A stretch of DNA of 64,000 nt from Azolla caroliniana (Eukaryota; Plantae; Polypodiophyta), in the NCBI GenBank assembly GCA_043228905.1, contig JBHGNT010000017.1, positions 10,664,001-10,728,000 on the forward strand. The letters are read 5' to 3'. A program made the position numbers and the translations under genes. Below are positions 1 to 12,754 of this stretch, one piece after another. Each line of letters begins with the position of its first letter. Positions within the stretch are counted from its first letter, which is position 1. The notes under the pieces were generated by a model. The model made no database searches and had not been told where the DNA came from. It worked only from the letters and a program-made list of their open reading frames with translations.

Positions 1-3000
1 CGGTATTCCGGAAGCTAGTAAGACTCCGGTACCAAGATGGCTCCAGCATGGCGGAGCACATGAATGCCTTCCAGGGGCTGATACACCAGGCAACATAATT
101 GGAAGTACCTCTCGCCGATGAGGTACTAGCGCTACTCCTGCTTGGTTCCCTCCCGGATAGCTAGGAGACGTTGGTTGTCACTTTGGGCAACGCCGGGCCG
201 GAAGGGAAACGGTTATCCCTAGCAAGAGTAAAGTCGAGCTTGCTAGATGAAGAGGCGCGTTGGAAAGATAAGGATACGAGCTCCGACTCCAAAGCACTCC
301 TTACCGAATCGGAACACGGAAGACAAAGGAACCGTAGCCCCTAGAACCGAGAAAAGTCGGGGACACGGTCAAAGTCAAGGGGGAGGCCTACTTGCTTCTA
401 TTGTGGCAAGCTGGGACACTTCTAGAAGAACTGTCAGCATTTCCGAAAAGACAAGGAAACCGACGTTACCAATTCGAAGCGGACACCGGACCGGAATGGT
501 AAAGACCAGAGGGGGCCAAATTGGAAGGGAACGATGGCAATCACGGCAAGTGAAGAAGAGTTGATGCTCATCACCGAGGAGAGTGAGCTAAACCTTGCCG
601 GCGACGAGACAACCTGGGTGGTCGACTCCGGAGCGTCGTTCCACCTTACCTCGGACCGGAAATGCTTCTCATCCTTCTCAGCCGGTGATCATGGCTGTTT
701 CTGGATGGGGAATGAAGGTACATGCCGAATTGTCAGCATAGGAGACGTGTGGTTGACAACGCCAACCGGATGCAAGCTGCTGCTGAAGGATGTTCGACAC
801 GTTCCGGAGGTTCGTCTGAACCTGATATCAGCCGGTCGGCTAGATGATGAAGGCTACACGGGTAGCATCCGGAACGGTGTTATGAAGTTTAGCAAAGGGA
901 GCCTGATTGTGGCTCAGGCCCGGAAGGTCAACACCCTGTACCTGATGAATGCCCGGTTATGTCCGGAGGAAGTGAGCGTGGCATTCGACACTACCGGTGA
1001 GTTGTGGCACAAGAGGCTGTGTCACATGAGCGAGAAGGGGATGAAGAGGCTTGCAAACGACAACCTCATTCCAGTGAAGAACGTGCACTTGGAGAAGTGC
1101 ACTGATTGTTTGGCCGCTAAACAAAACCAGACCTCCTTCTGATCGAGGCCACCGATGAGATGTAATGCGCCACTGGAGTTGGTGCACACGGATGTGTGTC
1201 AAGTGGACACGAAGTCACATGCCAGATCGCAGTACTTCGTGACGTTCATAGAGGACCACAGTCGGAAGTTGTGGGCCACACCGTTGAAGACGAAGGATCA
1301 GGTGTTATCCGTCTTCAAAGAGCTCCACGCGAGAGTGGAAAGAGAAATCGGCCGGAAGCTGAAGGCGGTTCGAGTAGATAACGGAGGGGAATACCGGGGG
1401 CAGTTCGAGGAGTACTGTCACTTGAAGGGAATCCAGCTCGAATTTACCGTGCCGAAGACGCCGGAACTAAACGGGCTGGCAGAGAGGATGAACCGGACCA
1501 TAATGGAGAGGGTCCGGAGTATGCTGGCGCATGCAAAACTACCCAAGAAGTTTTGGGCTGAGGCACTGTAGATGGCGACATATGTGATAAACAGATCAAC
1601 CTCAGTACCCTTGGATGGAGACACACCACTGAGAGTCTGGACTGGTAAGGAAGTGTCCTACCGGCATCTGAAGGTGTTTGGGTGTTTTGCGTATGTGCAT
1701 GTAGCTAAGGACCGGAGAGGAAAACTAGATCCGAAGACCGGCCATGCATATTCCTCGGTTACGGCGACGATGAGTTTGGCTACCAAGTGTGGGACCAGGT
1801 CGACAAGAAGGTATTCCGGAGTTGAGATATTATCTTCATGGACGACAAGACGCTCACCGACTGGGAGTCGGAGAAGAAGATAATGAACTCCGAGTCGACC
1901 GGTAAGGATCGATTCTACGATGAGTAGACCCAACCGGCAAGAGACCGGTTAGCACTCAAGGAACCAGCCGGTTACGGTGAGGATACCGAACCGGCAGAAG
2001 AAGAAGTAGAGGAAGCCGAAACCGGTACCGGCCAAGACCCCGAATCGGATTCGGATGAAGAGCAAATGGAGGAGCCGGTTACCGAAGCCCAAAGACGGAG
2101 ATATCCTCTCAGAGAGAGAAGGCCCCCCCGAAGATTTCCGGATTTAGAGCATGTGCTACTGACCGATGAGGGAGAGCCAGAAAGCTTCGAAGAAGCGAAG
2201 GATGACACCCACGGTTGAAAATGGTTAAGTGCCATGCAAGATGAGATGGATTCCCTGCATTAGAACCATACGTATGAATTGGTGGAGTTACCGAAAGGAA
2301 AGCGGGCACACCGAAACAAGTGGTTGTACAAGTTGAAACCGGGAGATGCCGACAACCCCCCGAGATACAAACCCAGGATCGTGGTGAAGAGGCTCCAGCA
2401 AAAGAAGGGCGTGGACTTTGACGAGATATTTGCCCCAGTAGTAGAGATGACCTCCATCCGGACGGTGCTGAGTATAGCGGCAATCATGGACCTCGAGGTA
2501 GAGCAGCTAGACGTGAAGATGACATTCCTTCACGGTGACCTTGAAGAGAAGATCTACATGCAGGAACCGGAAGGATTCGTGGAGAAAGGGAAGGAGCAAC
2601 TGGTTTGCCGGTTGAAGAAGAGCCTCTACGGGTTGAAGCAGGCCCCCCGGCAATGGTACCGGAAGTTCGACTCCTTCATGACCGATGAAGGGTACCACAA
2701 GACGCTGGCCGATCACTGTGTGTTTGTGAAGAAGTTCGAAGGAGGCGACTTCCTGATACTCCTTCTGTACGGGGATGACATGTTGATCGTCGGACGGGAC
2801 CAAGCCAAAATACGGATGCTGAAGAAGGCTCTAAATCGGACCTTCTCAATGAAAGACTTGGGTCCGGCAAGACAGATGCTGGGGATGCATATCATCCGGA
2901 ACCGGCCAACGAAGCAATTGTGGCTGTCACAGGAGAAGTACGTGACAAAGGTGCTTCAGCGGTTCAACATGTCAGATGCGAAACTGGTCAGATCGACACT

Positions 3001-3024
3001 TCCGGCAAATTGCAGGTTATCCAG
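1..3024 (+). pseudogene. Copia A gag-pol, left part (gag C-terminus, CCHC knuckle, protease, GAG-pre-integrase, integrase, RT); stops and frameshifts
   Basis: ORFs 534-1142 (DSG, LWHKRLCHMSE), 1155-1571 (LELVHTD, DNGGEY, NGLAERMN), 2279-3124 (LKKSLYGLKQAPRQWY, LYGDDML). Confidence 0.95.
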
Positions 3025-4293
3025 TGTCGCGAAAATACGACGAGGATACGTGAACGTTGAGGCAAGACCCCGGGGCCTTTGTCTAGAGGATATCAAATTC
3101 GTGTATTTATATACTAAGAATTAACCGAAATGAGAAAGATTAACAAATTTCATTAATAAAAGGGAAAGAAAGATTACAATCAATCCCAAGATTGGGATTA
3201 CAAAAGTTTTATCTTATGGAGATGATTAGAATAATAGATAAGAGGAAATAAGAGATTATGATTCTTGAGTGATATGGCTTTGACAAGGAATTTTGGATTT
3301 TTAGAGATTGCTTCCGTATAGAAATTATGGTTTACTTGAGAGATAGCTTCCGTAGGGAAGATTAGGGTTATTGGCTTCGATAAGATAAGAGAGCTCCCCA
3401 ACAAAAGAAAAAAAATTTTAGATAATATGGAGAGTGAGTCCTAGTGTAGGAAAAAAAATGGAATAAATATGGAGTTCTCCCTTGCTCATAGCCTTTCCAC
3501 TTTTTGTTGCATGGCCTCTACTTTTAGTTGCCTAGCTTTTTCTTTTGGTTGCATGTGACTGTCCACATGACCTTTACTTTTTCCATGCACTCCTTCTTTA
3601 GTTGCTTGCGTCCACATGGCCTTTACTTTAGTTCTCTTCACTTTACTTTTGTTGCATGATCCAATCTTTCGTCCGTCCGCGTCCAACCTCGTCCAGTAGC
3701 CGATTCCATTTTGCTTGCCGGTCGGTTCCGGTTCCGATTTTGCTTGCCGGCCGGTTCCGGTTTGCTTGCCGGTTCCGGTTCCGGTTTTGCTTACCGGCCG
3801 GTTTCCGGTTTTGCTTACCGGCCAGTTTCCGATTTGCATACCCGTTCCAGTTCTGGTTTTGCATACCGGCCGGTTTCCGAATTTCATACCGGCCGGTTTC
3901 CGGATTTGCTTATCGGCCGGTTTCCGGATTTGCTTACCGGACCCGTTTTCCGGATTTGCTTACCGGCCGGTTTCTGGTTTTAGGGAATTTGGCCACCACC
4001 ATCCATCAAGACAAAGTGGCCAAAGTGCTCTTAGCACAAATGAAAAATGAGGGAGCTGAAGGTGTTTATATAGCCAGGGCCTTAACTTTCCTATCTATGT
4101 GAGATAGTTCTAATTTCCCTATCTAATGAAACTTTATTTTCTCATAACTTGATATGTATTTCTCCATTTTGTATATAGTAAAATACATTTTGAAGCTCTT
4201 GAGTATATCCATCTTTCTATAGTAAGCTACTAATCTAATCTATAATAATTATTTCATTATTTTTTTACATAGTGTGTGAAGATTCACACGACA
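3025..4293 (-). repeat. G1 3' LTR
   Basis: TGTCGCG...CACGACA; direct repeat of 10031-11437; adjacent G-rich PPT GGTGGGGG on the minus strand. Confidence 0.93.
3705..3980. repeat. CCGG-rich tandem array in G1 3' LTR
   Basis: Repeated CCGGTTCCGGTTTTGCTT(G/A)CC units. Confidence 0.9.
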
Positions 4294-4360
4294 TTTGCCC
4301 CCACCAAACCTGCACATCCACCGGTATGTGCCAATTTTGGTGAGGATTCATTTTTGTTTA

Positions 4361-7300
4361 TTATACTTTTTCATCGATGCTTAAGACTGAATCGTCAAAA
4401 GCTTCGAATCCAATTTCTATTCTATCTCTTCTCTTGAAGATCTTGATTCTTTTACCGGCAATTGGCAAGGCAAGTGGTGTACCATCCAATTCTACTAAAT
4501 GATATGTTGCATTATCTTCCACTTTCTTCACCACATATGGCCCAAACCATCGTTGTGAGAATTTTCGAGCCGTACTATGTTGGTTATCTAGGCTACTGTC
4601 ATAGACTAGCACCCAATCTCCTTCAACGATTTTCCTCGGCCGAAGTCGATGTCGTTTATCGAAGTCTTTCTTGTTCTTTAGCCTTGCATTCTTTAGCCGC
4701 GCTTTAACCACCTCTACATCTTCCAAATTCCGCTCTAATTGTCGAATCCTCAATGCTAGAAGATCTTCTCTACTTATCTCATCTTGCCATGGCAATGCAA
4801 ACCATGAAATAATACTTTGTTCTACCGGCATTATTGGCTTTTGTTCGAATATGAGCTCTGCCGGCATGTATCCCGTCACCGTGCTATGAGTAGTCCTGTC
4901 AGCCCATAATGCAAATGGCAATAGACGTGGCCATTCTCCTATTTTCCCATGGCAAGCTTTCACTAGAGCCTTCACAATCGGTCCATGTCCACGTTCCACC
5001 TTCCCATTTGCTTCCGGATTATACGCCATGGTAAGAGATAATTTGATTCCCATCCTCGAGAAGAATTCTCTAGCTTCATTGGCGTCCAACTCGCCTCTAT
5101 CAGCCACTATCTTGCCGACGCATCCATATCTGCAAATAACATCTTCAAGAAGGAATCAGCATACCGATGATGTCTCCTTAGTCCTTAATGCTCACCCTTC
5201 AACTTGATTGGTAAGATCCTCTCTCGCGAGCACAAGATACTGCATCTGCCATCGTCCCATTGGCATCATCACTATGTCCACCATCCACTTGTAATGCATA
5301 GCCAACGGGTAAGTCGGATGAAGTCCATCTCGATGGCGAATATTCGAAAACATTTGACATTCCTTACATGTTTCCACATAAGCTAATACATCTTTGTAGA
5401 TGCCCGGCCACCAATATTTCTCCTTACGCTTCGCAAACATAGCCCATATTCCTCAATGGCCTGCAAAAACACTATCATGAAATTCAGACATTAGTTTTTG
5501 TTGGTCTTCTAGCTTTCAGACAACTCTCATCGGAGTCCCATTCTTCTTTTTTGCATGCTTCCAAAGAGCTCCATCCTTAAGGAAATACTTGTATGCTTTC
5601 TTCCGAATTCAATGGAAGTCTTCCATCGACCATGATTCATCTTTTTGGAGAGAACTCAATTATTTCCTGATCTCCATGAATTCGCCTTCGTAGTCCTCTT
5701 CTATGAAAGTAATCAACACCCGAGCATAGGAACTTGCAAAGAAATCCAGGCCAACATCATCTTCATCAGAATGTCGATCTTCTTCTCCGTCGTATCTCGC
5801 TCGTGATAGCATGTCTGCAACCACATTACGCTTCCCAACTACATGACGGATCTCCAGGTTGAGTGATTTGATATATGCAATCCAACACAACATGGCAATA
5901 TCCGGTGTATTACAACCAGATATCATACCCAAAAAAATTGGTAGGCAATCTGTCTCAATTATGACTTCTGCTCCAATAAGGTAATCACGATCATATTTGA
6001 TTGCCGAGACGATCCCCCATAGCTCCCTCTTCACTTGGGCATACCTTCTTTGCCTGTCACTTAACACTTTCGCGCCAAACCGAATTGCATATCGGTTGCA
6101 ATCTTCATCTTCTTGGTTGATAACCCATCCAATTCCGATTGGACTAGTATCCACAGTCACGAAAATGGGCTTGCTGTATGAATAGTCCGCTTTCTGTAAT
6201 GCAGGTGCCTCCATCAATAATTTCTTCAGCCTTTGGATGGCGATTGTATGCTCGCTCATCCATTCGAACATCCGCTTCTTCTTTAGTAGACCATATAATG
6301 GCTCAGCAATGTGGGCGTAGTGTGGAATCCAAATATGATAAAACGTGCATGCTCCAAGGAACCTTCGAACCTCCGTTTGGGTTACACATTCTTCTTTCAT
6401 GTCTTGAATTGCATTCACCTTGGATGGCGAAGGCTTCCGACCGTATGCTCCACACAAGTGACCTACCACCAAGATCTCCAATTTCCCGAATGCGGATTTT
6501 TCTCCCGAAAATGTCAAATTCGCATCTTCGAGCCTTTGGAGCACCTTCTCGCAATTTTTCATATGATTCATGACGAACTTTCTACATCCATCCTTATCTT
6601 TTGATTCATCCTTCTCTTCATCCGAACATCCTTTTATCGGAATATCATCTAAGAATGGCATCGTGATATCCGGGATGCAATCCTTCAAGACCTTGTTCAT
6701 GGCATTCACCATATGAGCCACCGAGTTCGTTGCGCCTTGAGGTAAGGTACACATCCGCACCAACCCGATTGGAGTTTTCATGGTTGTAATGTCACGACTG
6801 TCGACCGCCAACTGGAATTGATCGTAGCCAGAGTAAAGATCGCCGATGGAGTAGATGGACCGGCCCGCAAACGCCTCGGCAAATTCATCCACACTCGGAC
6901 CGATTCCAGCATTCCGAATTGTCACCTTGTTGACGGGTTGAAGATCTTGAATGAATCGCAACGATCCATTCTTCTTTGGCACCGTGAACCACCTATTAGA
7001 ATAAGGAGCGTTCGACGGTTCTAGAATTCCCATCGTCACCTTCTCCTTTAAGAGCTCGATCAGCTTCGGTAGGTGTGCTCTCAGAACCGGTATCGGTTTC
7101 AAATTCCAAGGCACATGCGGCACCGTGAAGATCACCATCAGTTCTACCGTCCTTGGATTAGCACACCCAATTTCTTGTGGGAAAAACGCGAAAGCCTTCC
7201 CATGTCTTTCAAGCATTCCACGAAACATCCGCTCCTCTTCAGGGAGGAGGAAATCCTCCCTTCCAACTCATAGCTTTCCCTTCGTCTCTTCAGTGAAGAT

Positions 7301-7819
7301 GTGACCAATTGTATTTGGGTTCCTTAAGCTTGGATCTTTTGCAACTTCCTTCATCTTTTGCCAGCTATCTTCCGGTAGCAGAATTGCAACTGGCTTGATC
7401 TTCCTATCCACGATTTTATATTTTGTGTTGACTTCGACTTCCTCTATCAAGATGCCTCGATGATATTCATCGATGATAGTATACATGTTGACAGAGTTAA
7501 TCGAAATCACATGTCGAGGGTGAGGATAGCTCAAATCCACGACTTCCTCGATTTCGCCGATGGTGTCGTTAAATGAGGCTTCCTCCAGAATATATGACAC
7601 GAATTCTTCTTCTTTGATTATGCTTTCTTCTTTCAGCACCTCCTCGAAGTCTTGTATCTGACACTTTTCCTTCTTGTTGAGTAGTCTAAGTTTGCATGCG
7701 CCGCCAGGTGTGACGCATGTTGCTTCTCCTTGCAATCCACGCACTTTGCTTCCTTGTGGGGACTTATGATTGCTCGGACTATTTGTGCCCCATGCTTCAA
7801 TAGTCCGCTTTAAAAATCC
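4361..7819 (-). pseudogene. G1 RT-RNaseH-integrase ORF, several stops
   Basis: PQGATNS and PFLDD RT motifs, VADMLSR, integrase KWMVD / ADRGE / NGKVER, RWFGPY. Confidence 0.93.
7757..7819 (-). promoter_or_regulatory. -1 ribosomal frameshift signal (G GAU UUU plus H-type pseudoknot)
   Basis: Heptamer immediately before the ORF1 stop; stem CGGACTATT/AATAGTCCG; loop TGGGG pairs with downstream CCCCA; -1 frame open into pol; conserved at 34431-34493 and 46115-46178. Confidence 0.8.
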
Positions 7820-9977
7820 GAGGATTCGCCTCCAAGGCTATCTCGGTTCCTTTCATGATTAGCTCGAACCATCAGGAATTGAACGGATCTTTTACTATCA
7901 AGACTCTTGACGCGCGCGAAGGCTGCTCCATTATTGAACACCTTGGTCTCCATCCGGGACGATGTTATATATGGTTGTCCTAGGATGACGGGATGTGAAG
8001 CTGAGTCTTGCACGAAGAAGTGTTGATCAATCTCTACATCCCCGACCGTGACTTTAACGTTGGGGCAAGCTCCGTACAAGTCCTCCATAGCCTTCGTCGC
8101 CGCTCGAATCTTCCATCCGTGGTTTGTATTAATCAGCCATCTTCCTTTCTTATAGAACTCGGTCGACATGAGGTTGATCTCAGAGCCATGGTCAATCAAA
8201 GCGACCACGGTCTCTTTCTTCTCCCCGATCTTCACCGGTGTCTCCGTTGTCGCGCTTGCCCAATGAGGCCGCGAGTAATGGCTATCCGCCACCACTTCTT
8301 CTTCTTCCTCCTCTTCCGATCTTGCCATGGTTATGGCACTTGTTTTCACCTCCTCTTCATTAGATTGTTGCCGCTTCCTCTTAATAAGGTCCACGATAGT
8401 ATCATGGAACTCCTTCTTCGTGATCCCAAGTAGCTCTCTCAAGGTAAGGTCGACATGACTATCTAAAACCTTCTCCTCAAGGACCTTCCGCAAGTTAGTT
8501 GTTTGTTCTATGTCCGACCTTAGCTTGTAAGTCGGTGCCGCTCGTTCTTTTCCTTTCTTTGTTGATTCTTCGACTTCCATCTGAGCAGGTTGGGCTTCAT
8601 GTTTGTTTCACCAATCTCTTTTCTTGGGATAGGTTGGGGTGGCCCTTCTTTCCCTCCGTTCCTCGTGTTAGGTCGCTTTGATGTGCCATCTTCTTCACCG
8701 GTTCTCTTCCTCTTCTCTTTGACAAGGGCTTCATAGGTGTCACACACAACCTCCGCAAAGCTTGTGTTTTCGTCGATTGGATCTGACCATCCGGTTGCTC
8801 GTCGCACGTTTCGGTCAGCAAGTTTTAGATCCTCCGAATTGATTTTTCCTTTTTCTTCGCACTCGAAGACCGTTAGCCAAAACCCAGCTCCTGGCTTGAT
8901 CATTTTAAGATTCTCTTTTCCAACTCGTATCCCAGCTGAAGCGGCATAGTGCATAGCCTCCACATGCCTTGCATCTTCTTCTTCTACAATCTTTTTCAGC
9001 CCACCTCTTCCGAAGTTCACTCGTAGTGGCTTCCGGGTCTCGCTTGAGTGAATCATGTTGCCGTCCAAATAGACGACATTCTTGCGGATCGCATCTTGCA
9101 AGTCAGCACATTCCCTTCGTGAGTGTTCAAAGCTATCGCACCACACACATCTATACACTTCTTTTCCCTTGGGCCCGCGTCGACCTAAGTTGGCTAGCGA
9201 TACCGCTTCAAACTTCTTGGAGAGCTCTTCGATTATAGACTCCTCCATTGCTTTCTTGTCAAAATTGTTGATCGACTTACTAGGCTCAATCGTCGTAGGT
9301 GCCTTCTTCCACAATTGTGGATTCTCGACCTCAGCTTCCTCTTGCCATTGTCGCCGCTTATCAAAATGGCTGCAAGCCTTCTTCACCGCCGCCCAGTCTG
9401 CTACCAAACCATTTGGTTGTGTTTCGTCCTCCATGAAACTACCCAATTCTCGCCGATCTTTCGCATCCATTGCCTTTAGGAATAGTAAGACTTTATCTCC
9501 GTCGAGAACTCGTTGCTCGACACTCGGAAGTTGGTTGTACTTCTGGTCGAATTCGGCATAAATTCCCGATGCACACAGATTCTTCCCTTTCTTCTCGATC
9601 CAATTCATTAATGTATGCCGAGTCATCCGCGATGCGTCTTCAAGCATGTATTCAGTGAGAAGAGCCCTTTCGAACTCCGCCCAAGTTGCATGCTCGTTTT
9701 GGATCTCCATCACGCGCTCACGGATCCCGGGTTCTACCACACGCTTAAAGCTTGAAATTTGTTTTGGATCATGGACATCTCTTTGTTGCATCTCATTCCG
9801 GTAGGTAGCAAGGAAATTTGTGATGTTCTTCCCACCGAATCTTCCAACTGTCTCCACAGTTCGGTCAACAGCTTTGTCGACTAAAGCCTCCTGATCTCTC
9901 TCTTTCAGCATGAATTCGACGACGGACACCATGCCTTTCGTCAATTCTTCTCCTTGAGTTCCACTTGTCGAAGCCAT
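7810..9977 (-). pseudogene. G1 gag-protease ORF (one frameshift near 8580)
   Basis: ORFs 8520-10103 (CVWCDSFEHSRREC zinc knuckle) and 7810-8580 (ALIDHGSEINL, VILGQPY). Confidence 0.9.
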
Positions 9978-10010
9978 CTTCGTACTTGATATCCTCCTAC
10001 TGCCTCGTTT

Positions 10011-10026
10011 CATGTCGGGTTCACCA
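10011..10026 (-). promoter_or_regulatory. Primer binding site complementary to the tRNA-Trp 3' end
   Basis: Minus strand TGGTGAACCCGACATG, 4 nt from the LTR; plant tRNA-Trp ends CACGTCGGGTTCACCA (1 mismatch). Confidence 0.88.
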
Positions 10027-10030
10027 AAGA

Positions 10031-11437
10031 TGTCGCGAAAATACGACGAGGATACGTGAACGTTGAGGCGGGACCCCGGGGTCTCCGACCAGAGGATAAT
10101 CACATTTGTGCGTTTATATTTTTAACAATTAATAGAAAGAAGAAATTTAATAATTTTCATTAACAAAGGAAAAAGAAATTACAATATGTCCCAAGATTGG
10201 GATTTAGAAGTTTTAGGTTTACTAAGATTAATAGAAAAGAAAAATTAGGGGTTTTGAGAGATATGGCTTCCGTAGGGAAGATTAGGGTTTTTGAATGTTA
10301 TGGCTTCCGTAGGGAATTTTAGGGTTTATGAGAGTTATGGCTTCCCTAAGATAAGAGAGTTGAGAAGGACAAGAAAATTAAGATAATATGGAAAGTGAGT
10401 CCTAGTGTAGGAAAAAAAATGGAATAAATATGGAGTTCTCCCTTGATCATAGCCTTTCCACTTTTTGTTGCATGGCCTCTACTTTTAGTTGCCTAGCTTT
10501 TTCTTTTGGTTGCATGTGACTGTCCACATGACCTTTACTTTTTCCATGCACTCCAACTTTAGTTGCTTGCGTCCACATGGCCTTTACTTTAGTTTGTTGC
10601 ATGATCCAATCTTTCGTCCGTCCGCGTCCAACCTCGTCCAGTAGCCGGTTCCATTTTGCTTGTCGGCCGGATTCGGTTCCGATTTTGCTTGCCGACCGGA
10701 TCCGGTTCCGATTTTGCTTGCCGGCCGGTTCCGGTTTGCTTGCCGGTTCCGGTTCCGGTTTTGCTTGCCGGCCGGTTCCGGTTTGCTTGCCGGCCGGTTC
10801 CGGTTTTGCTTGCCGGCCGGTTCCCGATTTGCTTGCCGGTTCCGGTTCCGGTTTTGCTTGTTGGCCGGTTCCGGTTTGCTTGCCGGTTTCGGTTCCGATT
10901 TTGCTTGCCGGCCGGTTCCGGTTTTGCTTACTAGCCGGTTTCCGGTTTGCATACCGGTTTCGGTTCAGGTTTTGCTTGCCGGCCAGTTTCGGTTCCGGTT
11001 TGCTTGCCGACCAGTTTCCAGTTTTGCTTACCGGCCGATTTCCGGATTTGCTTACTAGACCCGTTTTCCGGATTTGCTTACCGGACCCATTTTCCGGATT
11101 TGCTTTCCAGCCAATTTCCGGTTTTAGGGAATTTGGCCACCATCATCCATCAAGACAAAGTGGCCAAAGTGCTCTTAGCACAAATGAAAAATGAGGGAGC
11201 TGAAGGTGTTTATATAGCCAGGGCCTTAACTTTCCTATCTATGTGGGATAGTTCAAATTTCCCTATCTAATCAAACCTTATTTTCTCATAACTTGATATG
11301 TATTTCTCCATTTTGTATATAGTAAAATACATTTTGAAGCTCTTGAGTATATCCATCTTTCTGTAGTAAGCTACTAATCTAATCTATAATAATTATTTCA
11401 TTATTTTTTTACATAGTGTGTGAAGATTCACACGACC
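10031..11437 (-). repeat. G1 5' LTR
   Basis: Direct repeat of 3025-4293; next to the PBS; terminal base is C instead of A. Confidence 0.93.
10645..11125. repeat. CCGG-rich tandem array in G1 5' LTR (longer than the 3' LTR copy)
   Basis: Same unit, more copies. Confidence 0.9.
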
Positions 11438-12110
11438 CTGGTAAGCAAAGCCCGAAGACGAAAGCAGAGAAGGCGGATATGATGAAGGTTCCATATGCCT
11501 CTGTTGTCGGGAGCTTAATGTACGCAATGGTGTGTACTCGACCATATATTGGATACGCAGTTGGAGTGGTGAGCCGGTTCATGAGCAATCCCGGCAAGGA
11601 GCACTAGAATGCGGTCAAATGGATACTCTGGTACTTGAAGGGCACTTTGAATATGTGTCTCTGATTCGGCTCCGGAAAACCTCAACTTGACGGTTTTACC
11701 GATTCGAACATGCAGGGGGGGTTGTTTCGTGGCAGTCGAGGCTGCAGAAGACGGTTGTGTTGTCAGCCACGGAGGCGGAGTACATGGCGACTGTGGAAGC
11801 CGACAAGGAAATATTATGGATGAAGGACTTCATCGGAGAGCTCGGTATCCGGCAAGATGAATACCGGCTCTATTGCGACAGTCAAAGTGTCATCCACCTT
11901 GCTAAGAATGCGGCCTACTATCCCCGGACGAAGCATATCCAGCGAAGGTATCACTAGATCCGGGAAAGAGTGGATGACCAAGAGTTCGCGCTGACGAAGA
12001 TCCACACGGCTGAGAACGGGTCAGATATGCTAACCAAAGTGCTGATACCCGACAAGCTGGAAGCATGCCGGAAGCGGATCAGACTAGTAAGACATCCCAT
12101 GCCGGAGTGA
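11438..12110 (+). pseudogene. Copia A RT C-terminus and RNase H
   Basis: VPYASVVGSLMYAMVCTRP, LSATEAEY, LYCDSQS, RTKHI motifs. Confidence 0.93.
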
Positions 12111-12120
12111 AGGGGGAGTT

Positions 12121-12754
12121 TGTTAGGAAACAGGTCCCTTCGGATGGGATGACCCAGTGAGAACCGGATGACGAGTACCCGGCTACGAAAGACGCGGTGA
12201 GAACCGGATGACGAGTACCCGACTACGGAAGACCCGGTGAGAACCGGATGAGACCCGGTGAGAACCGGATGAGGAGTATGATGCAGGCCTCGGATGATGC
12301 AGGCCCGGTGAGGAGTGCTCACCGGATGGAGGGACATATTTGTAAATATGTTTTCTGAGAGTCCATCGGGGCTCTATTTGTAAATAGCCGAAAAGTCATA
12401 TTAGTATAAATATGACTTAGGGCAAACTTAGAAGGTTGTAGTTGTCATTCTTGTTGGCGTTAGAACAGTGAGCGCGTAACAGTGTACAGAGAGAGAGAGA
12501 GAGAGGAAGAGGTCGTTGCCTCTGTTGTAACCGCCACCTGTGGCGAAGATCGTGAGCACGAGGTCGTTGCCTCCATGAGCTCAATGATTGTAATCATTGT
12601 GATATAGTGATAGTTTGGAGTCTGTGAACTCCCGTGGTTTTTCCCTCTCAGGGTTTTCCACGTTAAACATCCTGTGTACTCTTCTCTCCTTTGTGTTTGA
12701 TTTTAGACTCGGTTGTGGCTGAGCGTTGTTCATCGGAGCGTGTAGTTCCTATCA
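12121..12754 (+). repeat. Copia A 3' LTR, with GAACCGGATGA tandem repeats and a (GA)n tract
   Basis: TGTTAGG...CCTATCA after the PPT; homologous to the solo LTR at 46334-47008. Confidence 0.92.

Larger units (their letters stand above)
3025..11437 (-). mobile_element. Ty3/Gypsy element G1, full length but degenerate; tRNA-Trp PBS; no chromodomain
   Basis: Two homologous LTRs, PBS, gag-PR-RT-RH-INT on the minus strand, degenerate 4-bp TSD (CCAG / CTGG). Confidence 0.95.
1..12754 (+). mobile_element. Ty1/Copia LTR retrotransposon A (5' end outside window), interrupted by Gypsy G1
   Basis: Copia domain order gag-PR(WVVDSGASFH)-INT-RT-RNaseH; reading frame CRLS|GKQSPK resumes across the G1 insertion; PPT GAGTGAAGGGGGAG then TG...CA LTR at 12121-12754. 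Confidence 0.95.

Noticed and set aside
3486-4102. Overlapping ORFs rich in R/F/P/G/C (also 10577-11270)
   Set aside because: They are translations of the CCGG tandem arrays inside G1 LTRs, open in several frames on both strands
12155-12330. CRISPR-like repeat array
   Set aside because: Degenerate tandem repeats without unique spacers, inside a eukaryotic LTR, with no cas genes
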